In this document: positions 37,456 through 50,240 of the stretch, in pieces
Layout of the letters: each line of letters opens with the position of its first letter
How positions within the stretch are numbered: position 1 is the first letter of the stretch
Source of the DNA: Mobula hypostoma
Lineage: Eukaryota
Assembly: GCF_963921235.1 (NCBI RefSeq)
Contig: NC_086097.1
Span: 114,268,001-114,332,000, forward strand
Direction of reading: 5' to 3'
Length of the DNA: 64,000 nucleotides
Position numbers and translations under genes: made by a program
Notes under the pieces: model-generated
The model's input: only the letters and a program-made list of their open reading frames with translations
Database searches by the model: none
What the model was told of the DNA's origin: nothing

Positions 37456-37883
37456 TGCTATACTTCTATGGTAAGTACCTCTTTTCTCAGGGAAGGAGAC
37501 CAGAACTGTATACAATAGTCCACTGTCATCTCACCAAGGCCTCATACAAATGCAAAAAGACTTTTCTATACCTGTAATCTCTCATTTTCAAGGGTAATGT
37601 ACAATTCCCCAATGTATGACTTGCTGCTCTTTCAGGTCAGGTCCCTTGTACGTTTAACAGTTCTGGGCATTACTTTTACAAGAAATTTTATAATTACTGT
37701 CAATCACCTTTTGACGGGATAATTCTTGGAAGATAAGCAGTATGAATCCCTAACTTCATAAATTAATTCAGGTAGGTAGCTACTTTCTATTAAATGCATT
37801 TAAGACTGAGATGGGGTTCATTTGTTCAAGGCCAGTCATAGAATTAAGTACATCAAGATATTCCAAAGTCGGACATTTGACCT

Positions 37884-38795
37884 GTCTGTCTGTCTGTATC
37901 TTGTTTTACGGCGGTTGGCATCCAGCTTAATGGTGCATTACCGCCACCCTCTGCTCCAGAATGTGCACTAGACATACATTCTAAATCCCTTCACCCAATC
38001 ACACACACATGCACAGACACACACACACACAAACCTACACTTCACCCTCCCATCTTTGACCATCCTAGTATCCTATTCCTGTTTATTCATCATATTCTAT
38101 AAAAAACCTCTGTACCCCTTAAAAACGCTAAAAATACCCGGACTTGTGCTCTCTCACCCATGCCCAGCAACCCTTTTAATGTAAGTTCCTGCATCCCCAA
38201 CTCCCTTAATTTATTTCTCATCATCTCTCTCTGTATCCCATACTTCCTGCAACTCAGAACTACATGTTCTACTGACTCCTCTTCCTGACATTCCTCACAC
38301 AATCCTGTCTGGTGTTTCCCTATCATTTTCAATGTTTTGTTTAATGCACAGTGCCCCAGCCTTAACCTAGTCCACACAATTTCCTCTCTTCTGTTTCCAT
38401 TACCTACCCTAGAACTGCAATACTCTTTTGTATTTGATATAAATGCCTCCCTTTCCCCTCCCTGTCCCATCTTTCTTGCCACATTCGGTTGACTTTTTCC
38501 CAGATTACACACTTAACCTCTGCTTTACTGATACTAATGTGCATTTCCACATTTTCTTTCTTTAACGCCCTCTTTGCCAACTCATCCACCCTCTCATTCC
38601 CCTTCACCCCTACATGTGCTGGAACCCATTGAAATTTTACCTGACCTCCCTGATTTGCAATTCTTGTAACTAACTGAAGGACTTCATAAAGTACATCTTG
38701 CCGACTGTTTGTGTGAAAAGACCTTAAACTTGCTAGAACTGAGGATGAATCTGAACATATCAATGCTTTGGATGGTCTGGCTTTCTGCACCCATT
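37884..38795 (-). mobile_element. 5'-truncated RNase H-containing LINE (Nimb/I-group) with 12-bp TSD
   Basis: ICSDSSSVL, WVPAHVGVKGNERVDELAK (RNase H), TRLRLGH, CxxC...HVVLSC; (GACA)n tail; TSD GACATTTGACCT at 37872-37883 and 38796-38807. Confidence 0.9.
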
Positions 38796-38807
38796 GACAT
38801 TTGACCT

Positions 38808-38992
38808 TTTTTTCGCAACTGGCTTTATATCCCCGTTTCGAACTTTGGATAGTGTGATGTCATTTGAGTAGCACGTCGACTAACCAATGGAGCTCCGAGA
38901 CTGGCAGTAACCCGGTAACTACCAATAAAAAAACGAGATCTTTAGCAAGTCACTTGCAGTGCAAGTTAGGCTCTCGTGGAAGTTCGTGTAAC
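38808..38992 (+). promoter_or_regulatory. Putative proximal promoter/5' UTR of the cytochrome b5 gene
   Basis: Non-repeat, CpG-containing segment upstream of the ATG with two CCAAT boxes (38884-38888, 38922-38926) and TGATGTCA / CACGTC motifs; function is inferred. Confidence 0.55.
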
Positions 38993-39118
38993 ATGGCTGA
39001 GGATAAGGAGGAAGTGAAATATTACCGACTGGAAGAGTTAAAGCGGCGCAACAGTGGCAACAGCGCGTGGATTCATGTTAATAACAAAATATATGACGTG
39101 ACCAAATTTCTGGACCAG
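38993..39118 (+). CDS. cyb5a: Cytochrome b5, coding exon 1 (MAEDKEEVKYYRLEELKRRNSGNSAWIHVNNKIYDVTKFLDQ); probably microsomal cyb5a, cyb5b not excluded
   Basis: 42 codons from ATG (aacATGG context) to a phase-0 donor CAG|GTATTT at 39119. Matches the b5 N-terminus (VKYY.LEE...W.....K.YD.TKFL) and ends just before the expected HPGG motif, where vertebrate b5 exon 1 ends. Locally CpG-rich. Confidence 0.88.
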
Positions 39119-39699
39119 GTATTTTGTTTAATGCTCTGACTTCCTTCAATCCCCTTTCCGCAGCTCACCACTTTGTGTTCGTATTTACTTTTGATGGAAG
39201 TGATTTCGAATAGTTGTTGTGTGGGGCTCCGTTTATGGTTTAAATCCGAAACTCAATTGAAACCGCAAGAGATTTGCATGGTTCTTGTAAACAATTTGTC
39301 CTTTTCGTGCTGCCTCGTAGTCAGTTTGAAAAGTGCTCGCTCAGTTTGTGTTTGAGAATTGTTTTCAGTTCCCTAGGGGACAAGTACTGAGAGGCATTCA
39401 AAAGTCAATCCAGTTTCAAATTTCCTGAATGAAAATCTTTGCATAACATCCAAATGTTATAAAGATTGATATATGTATATATGTGTGTGTATGTATATGT
39501 GTGTGTGTATCAACCTCCCTTGATTCCATATCTCAGCAGAGAGTTATCTTGTGCAAAACAGACCGGTGAATCTGTGGTTTGATTTTTTTTTGTTTTGGTG
39601 TTGTAATTTGTCTAAAGAAATGTATTCCAACAAGTGCCATGAACGGATTTCGATGAAATATTTGGGTTAATTTTTAATATCCATTTTACTGGACCAAGC

Positions 39700-41335
39700 A
39701 GTAGGATCTTCTGTTATTTGACCCAAGAGTAGAGGGCGAACGGAAAGAGTTTGGGGGAGAAAGTCACGGCTGCGCTTGGAGACGGACATCACATCTACTG
39801 AGGCAATGTGGGGGGAGCTCAAAATGGGAAAAATGCAGTTATACTTAGGTAAACTTTGGAAGGATTGAAAAGCAACAGGGTTGCTGTAGTGGGTGATTTA
39901 ATTACTGGTACTTGGTGCAAGAGGCTTATTGGGGCCAGATATATTCGGTGCTACTGAGGTTTTCTTGAAATGGTATGTGGATTGGCCGAGGGGAGGGTAT
40001 ACTGGACCTTGTATTGAGAAATGAGCCTGACTGTGACTGGCGTTCCAGTGGGCCAGCATGTTGAAAACACTGATCATAAAGTTATGAATGTGGACAAAGT
40101 CTGGTCAAATTGCAACATCATTAGGTTTGGTGGTGCAAATTGAGAGCAGCTGTTATTAGGCAAGTCACATCTGACGTGGGAGTCATTTAAAGAACAACTG
40201 AGCAGAGTTTTTAGAACAACTATGTTTCAGTAAGGAGGAAGACAAAGCTAGTAAGGGCAGGCCATGACTTGGCAATTTAAGGTTCTGAGGAAGTGACTGA
40301 GGTTTTTGCACGAAGGGAAGTAGTTGACATTTAAAAAGGCTCTTATAGAAGGTTGATCAAGAGAATTAAGGTGCATTGGATGCATGGTGTTATGATGGTG
40401 GTTTCAGGATGGGCTTTCCTATAAGAGGGCAGAAAATGGTGGTGAAAGTGGGTGATTCTGTTTGAAGGTCTGTGACCAGTGGTATTCCACAGGATTCATG
40501 CTGGGGGCCCCTTTTTATGATATAACTAAATTAGTTGGATAAAATACAGAGGATTAGTATACATGCAGGCAATGCAGAAATTGGTGCAGTTGTGCAAAGT
40601 GCAGAAGTTTGTCAAAGAATGCAGCAGGATATAGATCAGTTACAGTTATGAACAGACATGGCAGATGGAGTTTAAACTGGGCAAGTGTGAGATGCACCTT
40701 GGAGGGGCAAACGTGTGCAGTGTACGGGGATCTTGGGTCCAAGTCTATACCTCTTTGAAAGGGGTAATGCAAGCAGGCAGTGGTTAAAGAAGGCATATGG
40801 CATGCTTAGCCTAATTGCTAGGAGCTTTGTGTATGAGTCAGTAATATTGTGTGGAATATTGTGTGCATTTCTGTTCACTCCATTACAGGAAGGGTGTGAA
40901 AGCTTTGGAGAGCATGTGCAACCGGATACTGGCTAGTTTATAGAGGGCATAAGGAGTACTGGACAAACTTGAATTGTTCTCCTCAGGAGCATTGGAGGCT
41001 GACAGGAGGCCTGATAGTTTATAAAATTGAGAGGCATAGATGACCAGAATCTTTTTGTCTAGGGTAGAAACATCAAAAACCAGAGGGAGTTACTTCAAAG
41101 TGATGGGAGGAAAGCTTATTTTTGTTTTTAAGAACAGTGATAGGTGTCTGGAATGTACTGCCTGGTGATAGTGGAAGCAGATACACTAATGGTGTCTGAG
41201 GCTTTTGAATAGGCACATGAATATGTGGAGAGTAGAGAGGTGTGGATTATCTACAGATAGAAGGGATTAGTTTAATTTGGCATCATGTTTGGCACCGATT
41301 ATTGTGGGCCGAAGAGCCCATGCAGATGCTCTACC
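39700..41335 (+). mobile_element. Old, heavily deleted CR1 remnant
   Basis: Scattered CR1 ORF2/3' UTR motifs (tgtgaccagtggtattccacagg, ggcagatggagtttaa). Confidence 0.65.
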
Positions 41336-41821
41336 TAATATTCTAGCGGTCAGTAGTCCGGGGATACCTTTTGTGAGGCCTTTGCTTAAGCCTGTGATGG
41401 TAATGTGTATTTGGAGGCCTGTGTTGGATAGTAATAGTAGCACCATGAGATGTATCAGTCTGGTCTAATTAAATGGACTGATACACTCTGAAAGATAATT
41501 GAAATTGGCCAGGTTGCTTGGGGTGGGGGGGAAATTAGTATGGTTAGAAAAGGTCTATTTGGCAAATCTTCTCTTGAGATGGCTTAGGAAGGCTCTGAGG
41601 TATTTAGGGTTGGTACATTTTTTCTTTTTTCTGTGGTTTGGAAAAATAAAGCCTTGCTCCAAGATATTCAACATAACCTGGTTGTTATTATTCTTGTATT
41701 TTAAAAGGCTCTGAGAATGATACCAGAAAGGAATAAAATGACGGAAGTACTCCTTTCCTAGAGATGTTGAAGTTCAATGTAAATTTATTATCAGTACATG
41801 TATTGTATACACCTATCATGT

Positions 41822-42492
41822 AAGGAGGAGGAGAAGATGGCAGCGCGACGCAGCTTGCACGGACACTCCGGTGAATGATATCTGTAATCTGTCAGGTAGA
41901 GTGCTGTGCACAATCCTGATTTGGTAGAGACAGACGTGAGAGGACGGAGGAACATCTGGAGAAACTTCTGAAATGCCTTTTTCGCTGCCGTTGTTACTCT
42001 GTGATCCAGAATCTCCGGAGGGAAAGGCCCTGAGTCCTCGGCTTTGCTTGTTGCGTGGTGGCTGGGACGGGATCGAAGCGCTCGGCAGAGATGGTGCTCG
42101 GTGTCGAAGGGCTGGTCGGAGGCTCGAAGTTTTCGGACGGACTCAGAGTCGTCTGTGGTCGGGTACTTCCAATGCATTGGCAGTTGTCGGCGCCTGGAGG
42201 TTTATGGCAGAGAGAGTTTCTCCCTTCTGCCGCCTGCTATCGGGGACTATTAGGAGTTGATCGGAACTTTGAGACTTCTTTACTGTTCCCATGGTCTGCT
42301 CTTTAGCAAATTATGGTGTTGCTTTGCACTGCTGTAACTATATGTTATGATTATGTGGTCTTGTCAGTGTTAGTCTTTGGTTTGTCCTTTTTTTTTGTGA
42401 TATCACACTGGAGGAACATTGTATCATTTCTTATTGCATGCATTTCTAAATGACAATAAACGAGGACTGAGTGTCCTCATAATCTAATCTAA
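41822..42492 (+). mobile_element. ~670-bp non-autonomous retroelement (family copy 1)
   Basis: Starts ggaggagaagatggc, ends aataaacgaggactgagtgtcctcataatctaatct; homologous to 51507-52160 (-). Confidence 0.7.
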
Positions 42493-42559
42493 TATTCATT
42501 TTCTTGCAAGCATTCACAGTAGGACAAAGAAATGCAACAGAATCAATGAAAAAATGGCC

Positions 42560-43513
42560 AGCAGTGAAGAATGGCACTTATAGAGAAGGCTATCATGACA
42601 CCAACAAGTGAGCTGCAGAAGTCGGTGGCTGCAACTGGAGATGAAGTTCGTGGCTCCACAATACCTAAGGCCTTGCACAGAGGGTATTTATGGAAGAGTG
42701 GCTTTTTAAAACAAAACATGTCCTTGCCTGTAAGGACTTTGGAAAGCATCACTTAAAAGGTACTGTAAAGATGTGGAAGACGTTCTTGTGGTTGGTTGAG
42801 ACTAAAGTGGAAGTTTTTGGCTTCATCATTAAGTGGTACATGGGGCATAAACCTAATACAGAGCATCAGCCAGGTAACACATCCCTTCTGTAAAAGATGG
42901 TGGAATTAGCATCATGCTATGGGGATGCTTTTCAGCAGCAGGGACTGAAGTCTGGTTGGAATTGATAGAAGATGAATGCGGTTAAATACAGAGATCCTGG
43001 AAAATGTGTTGGCTGGGGAGGAAGTTTGTCTTTCAGCAAGACCGTGTCAGAACCATGAAGTGGCTTCAGTTGAAGAAAATTAATGTCCTTGTGTGGCCCA
43101 GTCAGATTCCTGACCTTGACCCAAACAAACTTCTCTGGCAAGCCCTCAAGATGCTGTCCATTGCTGCTTCTCAATTGACCCGACACAGCTTGAGCAATTT
43201 TGCAAATCTTGCTTGATCACATTGTGCAAAATTTATGGAGACTAACCAAAAAGACTATTGGCTGCAAGAGGTGGACTTTGTTCAGTACTTAGAATAAAGG
43301 GCGATGAATACTTTTGAACTGTGTTTGTTTTTGAGTATATTTTTCATTATTTACAATTTTCTGTTTTGGGGCTCTATTATAGGGGTAGGGTGGGGGGAAA
43401 GGAGCATGTGATTCATGAATAAATATTCTCAGTTAAATTGATGAAGATCCCTGGTTTTAATACTCATTTATGTGAACAAAGGGTTGGGGGCTGAATACTT
43501 TTACGAGGCATTG
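42560..43513 (+). mobile_element. Tc1-like transposon remnant
   Basis: W.TFLWLVETKVEVFG, GGISIMLWGCFS, VFQQD, WPSQIPDLDP; right TIR ...gctgaatacttttacgaggcattg-TA with inner direct repeat at ~43300. Confidence 0.85.
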
Positions 43514-43942
43514 TAACTTCCTAAACCTGGTGGTGTGGAACTGAAGGCTCCTGTAACCACATCCCTGATGGCAGCAGTGAGAAGAGTGTATGGCTGGGAT
43601 AGTGGAAGTCCTTAATGACTTTCCCATGAGAGTGAGCATATCTACAAGGAACAATAGTGGGAGTGAGCTTTTCCTATGATGAACTGAGCTATATCCACTA
43701 CCTTTTGGAGGCTTTTCTGTTCTTGGCCATTGGTCTTTCCATACCAGGCCATGATGCAGTAAGTTAGGATTCTCTATATATCTATAGAAGTTTCTCAGAG
43801 TTTTAGGTGGCTAACAAATCTACATAAACCTATTAAAGCAGAGAAGCTGCTGTTCCTCCTTTGTAATGGCATTTAAGTGCCTGTCCCAGGACTGATCCCC
43901 TCAAATGATAACACCTAGAAGATTAATGTTACTGACCCACTC

Positions 43943-45747
43943 TGTTATGTTTGGTAACTCCAGACACTAATCAGAGGAAAAACATGGGAGCATGGAATAA
44001 ACATGTATTCTTCGTTTTGAGGTGAGCACTTATGACAATGGCATAATGACACATGCCATTCACATACTTCATACATATAACCCGTAATGAATTGTGTAAA
44101 TGAACATGGAATGCTTAAACAACATATTTAAAACATTACTCAAATTACTGAAATATTAAATACACCACACTCCTCCCTGCTTGGCTGTAAACTCCAACTC
44201 CATATAGAATGCATCTTAACTCAACTGTAATGTATTGCTCTCTAGTCATATATAATATATACAATGACAGACAAACACAATCTGCCTGAGCTAATAGTAC
44301 ACAGACAATTCTGCTTCTCATCAACACTGAGTACACCATTTAAGCAATCAATCTGAGTTCAAAAGAATTCCTTTGGCATCTGTGACCTAGCTTTCAGGCT
44401 GCTTTATCACGAATGGTATCAGGAATCAGACATGCTCTGTAAAACTTTGTGGCGTATTCATTAACACTATTTTACCTTTTGATATGTTTAAGTTTTCTAA
44501 TGCATTCTTGAACACTGCTGTGATGCCATCCAGTACCATTCTTAATTTACTTTCAGTTGCCTATTGCTGGGGAAGCGGATGTATCTCAACTCAAGTTGTA
44601 GTTGCCTCAGCAGCTCAAGCGGGGGGCACAGTGCTAGCCCCTCCCCTGTTTTTTTTTAGTCTACATAAAAGCTCAATGTAGCTTAGTTGTTGTATTTTAC
44701 TGTTAAGAATGTCGTTCCCACAGGAGTTATCTCTTCAGTGTAAGTTCTTGGATAGCTGCAGGCTACAGTTCGGTATCTTTGAAATGGTGCTCAAACTCAT
44801 TTTGTGGAATGACTGAAACGTCCAAGCCAGTGTCCAATTCCATTTTGATTAATTTGCTGTCTTCTTGTGTAAGCCATATTACTTGCCTATTACTATTTTT
44901 CAAACTTTTAAACCTCAAGGTTACCAGTCCGGTGTCACTCATCGTTATCAGGTTTTTTCATCAACAGCATGCAGATTAGTGCTCCTCTGGAACTGCAACT
45001 TGACTTGTTATCTTTTTCTCTTCCCAGTGCAGTGCATTTATTTTTGTCTGCCCAATATGCTCTTCGAATGCTTTTTGGATTTTCTGCAAACTTCACCTTT
45101 AAACCTTCAAAGGTCTGATGTACGAGAGCCCTGCGTAATGGTAATGACCTCACAGTGCATCACTGAACTGACTGCGCAGGCCGCTTTCTGAATTTACATT
45201 AAAATGGACTCTCCTTCCTTTGATTCTGCTTATGAAATGTATAGCATTCTGCAATTAACAATAATTTTGGCTCTAAATGTTCCTGCATTACTTTCTCACT
45301 ATCTGCAAAGTTAGAGCAGTTAAACTTCTAAGCAAATTGTATGCTCTTGTATTCAGCCAAACTGGCTCTCGGTTCTCATCTCATTTGCTTTAAAATACTG
45401 CTCAATTCATTTAGTATACATGCCTCTGTTACTGTTGTGCAATCAAATGCCTGCCTTTCCAATGGAGCCAGCGTGTTGTGTGTGTTGCTGTGGGTAGTCA
45501 TCTTGGTTTGATTTAAAACTACCTCATCACGGTTATGTTTTGGTAACTCTTAGAAACTTTTCAAAAGAAGAACACAGGAGCTTGGGATAAATGTGTTTAT
45601 TTTACTTTAGTGAGGCACGCACTTATGTGATGGCATATTGATGTATGCCATTCGCTTACTTCATACTTATAACTCATAATGAATTATGTAAACAAAAAAT
45701 GCCTAAACAACATATTTACAATATTAATCAACTATTAATACACTACA
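43943..45747 (-). mobile_element. Internally deleted Gypsy-like LTR element with two diverged ~220-bp LTRs (43943-44169, 45531-45747)
   Basis: Homologous LTRs, polypurine tract (agcagggaggag) next to 44169, protease motif KMELDTG at ~44825-44850. Confidence 0.7.
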
Positions 45748-45819
45748 CTTTCCTGCTCCAATCCCCTGGTGAGATCTGGCTCATGATCCTCTGACTTCTT
45801 CCTCCTGTAGCCGATAATT

Positions 45820-46440
45820 AGCACTTTGGTTTTGCTGACATTGTGTGGAAGGGAGGTGATAGGCAGATGAGGAGAAGAGGTAGGAGACCAAAGTGGGGAA
45901 CAGAGGAGAGGAGGGGTGGGAACCTTTTAAACTCCCCTGCTCTGAGAATGGCCTCATCGTGGCAAGTGACAAGGACACAAGCCAACATGCTAGAATTGGG
46001 ATGAGAACGGAAATGGTTGACCGCTGCAAAATTACGCTTTTGATAGGTGGAGTAGTGGTGCTTGATGAAGCAGTCCCCCAGTTTATGTCGGGTTTCACCA
46101 ATGTAGAGGAGGCTGCATTGGGAGCAACGGATACGATGATTGACCTCAAAAGATTTGCAGGTGAAGTGTTGCCTCACTTGGAAGGACTGTTTGAGGTCCT
46201 GAATAAGGGTAAGGGAAGAGGTAAGTTGGCAGGAGTAGGATTTCAGTCACATGCAGGTGTATGTACCAAAAGGGAGATTAGTGGAAAGGGATGAGTGGAG
46301 AAGGGAATCATGAAGAGAGCAGTCCCTGCAGAGAGTGGCGTGGGTATGGGAGGTAAAGATGTATTTTGTAGTAGGCTCCAGGTGAAGATGGTGGAAAATG
46401 ATGTGCTGAATTCGAGGGCTCATGGACTGGTGGGTGAGGA
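45820..46440 (-). mobile_element. Penelope fragment (GIY-YIG region)
   Basis: RQHFTC...IRCSQCSLLYIGETRHKLGDCF. Confidence 0.8.
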
Positions 46441-47419
46441 CACTTGGAGCCCTTGACCTGCAACTGCATTATCCCTTCCCATCCATGTACTTACCCAAAC
46501 TCAAATGTTGCAATCAAACCCACATGTACTACCGCTGGCAACTCATTCCACACTCGCACAATCCTGAGTGTAGAAGCTTCCCTTAAATATTTCACTTTTC
46601 ACATTTAACCCATGACCTTTTGTTCTAGCCTCTCCCTACCTCACAGGGTAAATGCAGCAGGCTTTTTCCAATCTATACCTCAATTTTGTGAACTTCAATC
46701 AAATCTCCTCTGTTCTCCTACACTCCAGAGTATAAAGTCCCTCCTCCCCCCTCCCCCCTCCCGGCGCGTACCACTAGGCTCAAGGCTAGCTTCTATCCGA
46801 CTGTAATCAGACCCCCTGAATGGATCTCTTGTACAATACAATGAATGCTTGGCCTCACACTCTACCTTGTTATCATCTTGCACTTTATCATTAATCTGCT
46901 TTTCACTTTTTCAATAGCTTTTACAATTTACTTTGTATTTTTATAGTTGAATTTGTAGTGCATTGCACTATAAGTTTTAATTTTGTAAACTGTGTAAGAC
47001 AAGCTTTTTACTGTATCTTGTTGTATGTGACAATAATATAAAACTGATGCCAATCTCCTTAAAGTCTGCAAGATCTCCAACCTCCTTGGCTTTCACTATA
47101 CATACAGACTCGCCTAGCAAGCTTGGAAATGCTATGGTTTTTCTTTCTGGCAACTCAGTGGTATTCTGATGACGTGCTCTGTTATTGTATTCTTCATTGT
47201 AGATTGCAGTGTTTTCCCTATCACTGATGTTCAGCTTTGTTTTGTTATTGCTGCCAAGTAATAGGATCATATTTGCTGTTGGCCATTCTTCAGAAACTAT
47301 TCCCAAATCTGCAGAGCCTTGGGGGATTAATGTTAGGAATAGTGGATGGTGCCACCTTTAAAACTGCAATATAGATCAATATGTCCTTGGAATTCAAGTT
47401 CTAACTAATTTGAAAACTT

Positions 47420-47890
47420 CTCTTGCAAAGTATTTGCACACCCCTACCCCGGAAGTTTTCTTGTTTTATTGTTTTAGAACATTGAATCACAGTGGATTTA
47501 ATTTGGCCTTGGTCAACAGAAAAATACTTTCATGTCAATGTAAAAACAGATCTCTATAAAGTAATCTAAATACAAATGTAAAACACAGAATTGCATAAGC
47601 ATTCACCCCTTTCAAGTCAGTATTTAGGAGATTCACCTTTGTCAGCAATTACAGCTTTGAATCTGTGGATAGGTCATCTTTGCACATCTGGACACTGCAA
47701 TTTTTCTCCCATTATTCTTCACAAAACTGCTCAAGCTCTGTCAAATTGCATGGGGATTGTGTGTGAATAGCCCTTTCCATGCCCAGCCACAAATCCTCCA
47801 TTGGATTGAGGTTTGGACTCTGACTTGGCCTCTCCGGGGCATTAACTTTGTTTTTAAGCCATTCCTTTGTAGCTTTGACTTCTGCCAAGT
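47420..47890 (-). mobile_element. Tc1-like transposon 3' remnant
   Basis: Minus strand SQSPDLNPMEDLW...SPCNLTELEQFCEE; TIR-like cttgcaaagtatttgcacaccc. Confidence 0.75.
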
Positions 47891-47954
47891 AGTCTGCCTC
47901 AGGATTAGGACATCAGGAAACCCAAGTAGAGTCTTTAGATTTAATGCTGTGTTT

Positions 47955-49330
47955 AACCACGCATACATCAGGATGCTTTTTTTTGACTACGGCCTGGCAC
48001 TCAATACCATCATCCCCTCCAGACTAATGAATCCGCTTCAGGACCTTGGCCTCAATGTCTCCTTGTGCAGTTGGATCCTCTGTTTCCTCACTTGCAGATC
48101 CCAGTCAATTCAGGTTGATAACAACTCCATAGTCACTATCAGTACAGCTGCACCACAAGGCTGTGTGCTCCAAGGCTGTGTGCTCAGAGCTCAATGAGAT
48201 AGTCGTCATTGGAGGATGAGAGGTGGAGAGGGTCAACAGCTTTAAATTCCTCAGTGTTTTTATTTCAGAGGATCGGTTTAGGGGTCAGGGCTCCAACACC
48301 ACCCCCTCCCCCACACACACGCACACAAACTTTTTCTACTCACTTTATACTTGTGACTATGAGGTCAAACACAGCTCCCAGTGGCAAACTTAGTTTGCTG
48401 ATGACACCACTGTCATTGGCTGAGTCAAAGGTGGTGACAAATCAACATGTAGGAAGGAAATTGAAAATCTGGCTGAGCCATGCTGAAACAGCAATTTCTC
48501 GCTCAATGTCAAGATCAAAGAGCTGATTATTGACTTTAGGAGGAGGAAACCAGAGGTCCATGAGCCAGTCCTCACTGGGTGAATCAGAGATGGAGAGGGT
48601 CAGGAACTTTAAATTCCTCAGTGTTATCAGTTCAGAGGATCTGTCCTGGGCCCAGGCTATGAATGAAATTATGAAGAAAGCACAGCAATGCCCCTACTTC
48701 CCTGAAAGTTTGCAAAGATTTGGTATGACATTGTAAACTTTGACAAACTTTTATAACTGTGTGGTAGAGAGTATATTGACAGGCTGCAACATGGCCTAGT
48801 ATAGAAACACCAATGCTCTTGAATGGAAAATACTACAAAATGTAGTGGATGCATCCCAATCCTCCCCACCATTGAGCACATCTACACGGAGTGCTGTCAC
48901 AGAAAAGCAGCATCCATCAATGACCCCCACTACCAAGGCCATGTTCTCTTCTTGTTGCTGCTATCAGGAAGAGCGTACAGAGCCCTGGGACTCTCCTCAC
49001 CAGGTTCAGGAACAGTTATTACCCCCTCAACCATCAGGCTCTTGAACCAGAGGGTATAACTTGCCTCGTTCCTGAACTGTCCTAGACCGTATGGACTTAC
49101 CTTCAAGGACTTTTTATTTCATGTTCTCGATATTTATTGCTTTTGTTCAGTTTTGTATTTGCACAGTTTGTTATCCTTTGCTCATTGGTTGTTTGTCCTG
49201 TTGGGTGTGATCTTTCAGTGATTCTATTGTGTTTCTAAGTTTTACTCTATGCCCACAGAAAATGAATCTCAGGGTTGTAATTGGTGATGTATACACATAA
49301 TTTGGTAATAAAGTTACTTTGATCTTTGAA
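47955..49330 (+). mobile_element. Rex1/Babar-type LINE fragment
   Basis: YIRMLFFDYGLALNTIIP...LCSWILCFLT...APQGCVL; FADDTT; 3' tail aataaagttactttgatctttga. Confidence 0.8.
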
Positions 49331-49333
49331 TTA

Positions 49334-50240
49334 CAGTCGGCCCTCCTTATCCGTCCGCGAGATCCGCATGTGCGAATTCAACCAACCGTGAATCGAGAAA
49401 ATCCAGAAGTGCTCTTCCAGCACTTGTTGTTCGAGCACGTGCAGACTTTTTTCTTGTCATTATTCCCTAAACAATGCAGTATAACAACTATTTTATGTAA
49501 TATTTACATTGTATTAGGTATTATAAGTAATCTAGAGATGATTTCAAGTCTACGAGAGGCTGTGCATAGGTTATCGTGGATCAGGATCGAAAAAAAAAAA
49601 CCGGAAGTTCTCTTACTAAGTAAGTCGGAACAGGTACATCCGGGATTATTTAGTGTTAGTTAGTCAAATGTTTGTCTTAGTATATATTTTACCTTTCTAT
49701 GCATATAAAATACTCAAGAAACGTATGTTTCAGCGCCGGGCTCAGGAACGGAAATTCCCGAGTTCGATCCAGCGACAAATCGCTCCCGAGTGCACTCTCC
49801 ATCCGTGCTGAGTTGATGTGGAGGATCAAAAACCCAAAACCCAATAATTAAACCACTGCGTTGCTTAGTAATAATTGCAGCTTTCAACGGGGCAGGGCCT
49901 TTCTCACTTTATCCTATAAAATTGTTCCAATCATTGACCGACTGTAGCCTAACGCTTTTCCAATGACTGGTGTTTCACCTCTTTTTGATCGCTTTATTTA
50001 TTTCCACTTTATTTAAATTGCGATCATGATTATTTTCGCGAACAGAAACACTGCAGATTCAGAGCTCCACCACCAGGTCCTAATGCCTACCGCACTGAGA
50101 CAGGTTAAATAAGGTCCGGGGTTCCGCTGGGTCCTAAGGTCCACCGCATTTAGGTTGAATAAGGGACTTGAGTGTCCGCGTTTTTTGGTATCCGCGAGGG
50201 GTCCCGGAACCGATCCCTCACAGATAAGGAGGGCCGACTG
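49334..50240. mobile_element. Tigger-type MITE (MER2-like), long 907-bp form
   Basis: TA-CAGTCGGCCCTCCTTATCC...GATAAGGAGGGCCGACTG-TA; shares both ends with 28826-29147 and has extra internal sequence. Confidence 0.88.

Noticed and set aside
1..38800. Exons of a divergently oriented neighbour gene (e.g. C18orf63-like, adjacent to CYB5A in mammals)
   Set aside because: No matching peptide found by eye in non-repeat segments; cannot be supported without tBLASTn.
38864..39139. 91-aa ORF as a complete single-exon protein
   Set aside because: The upstream start is TTG in promoter/UTR sequence, the tail VFCLML is intron read-through past the GT donor, and the heme-binding HPGG is absent.
39470..39510. 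(TA/TG)n tract in cyb5 intron 1
   Set aside because: Ordinary short microsatellite.
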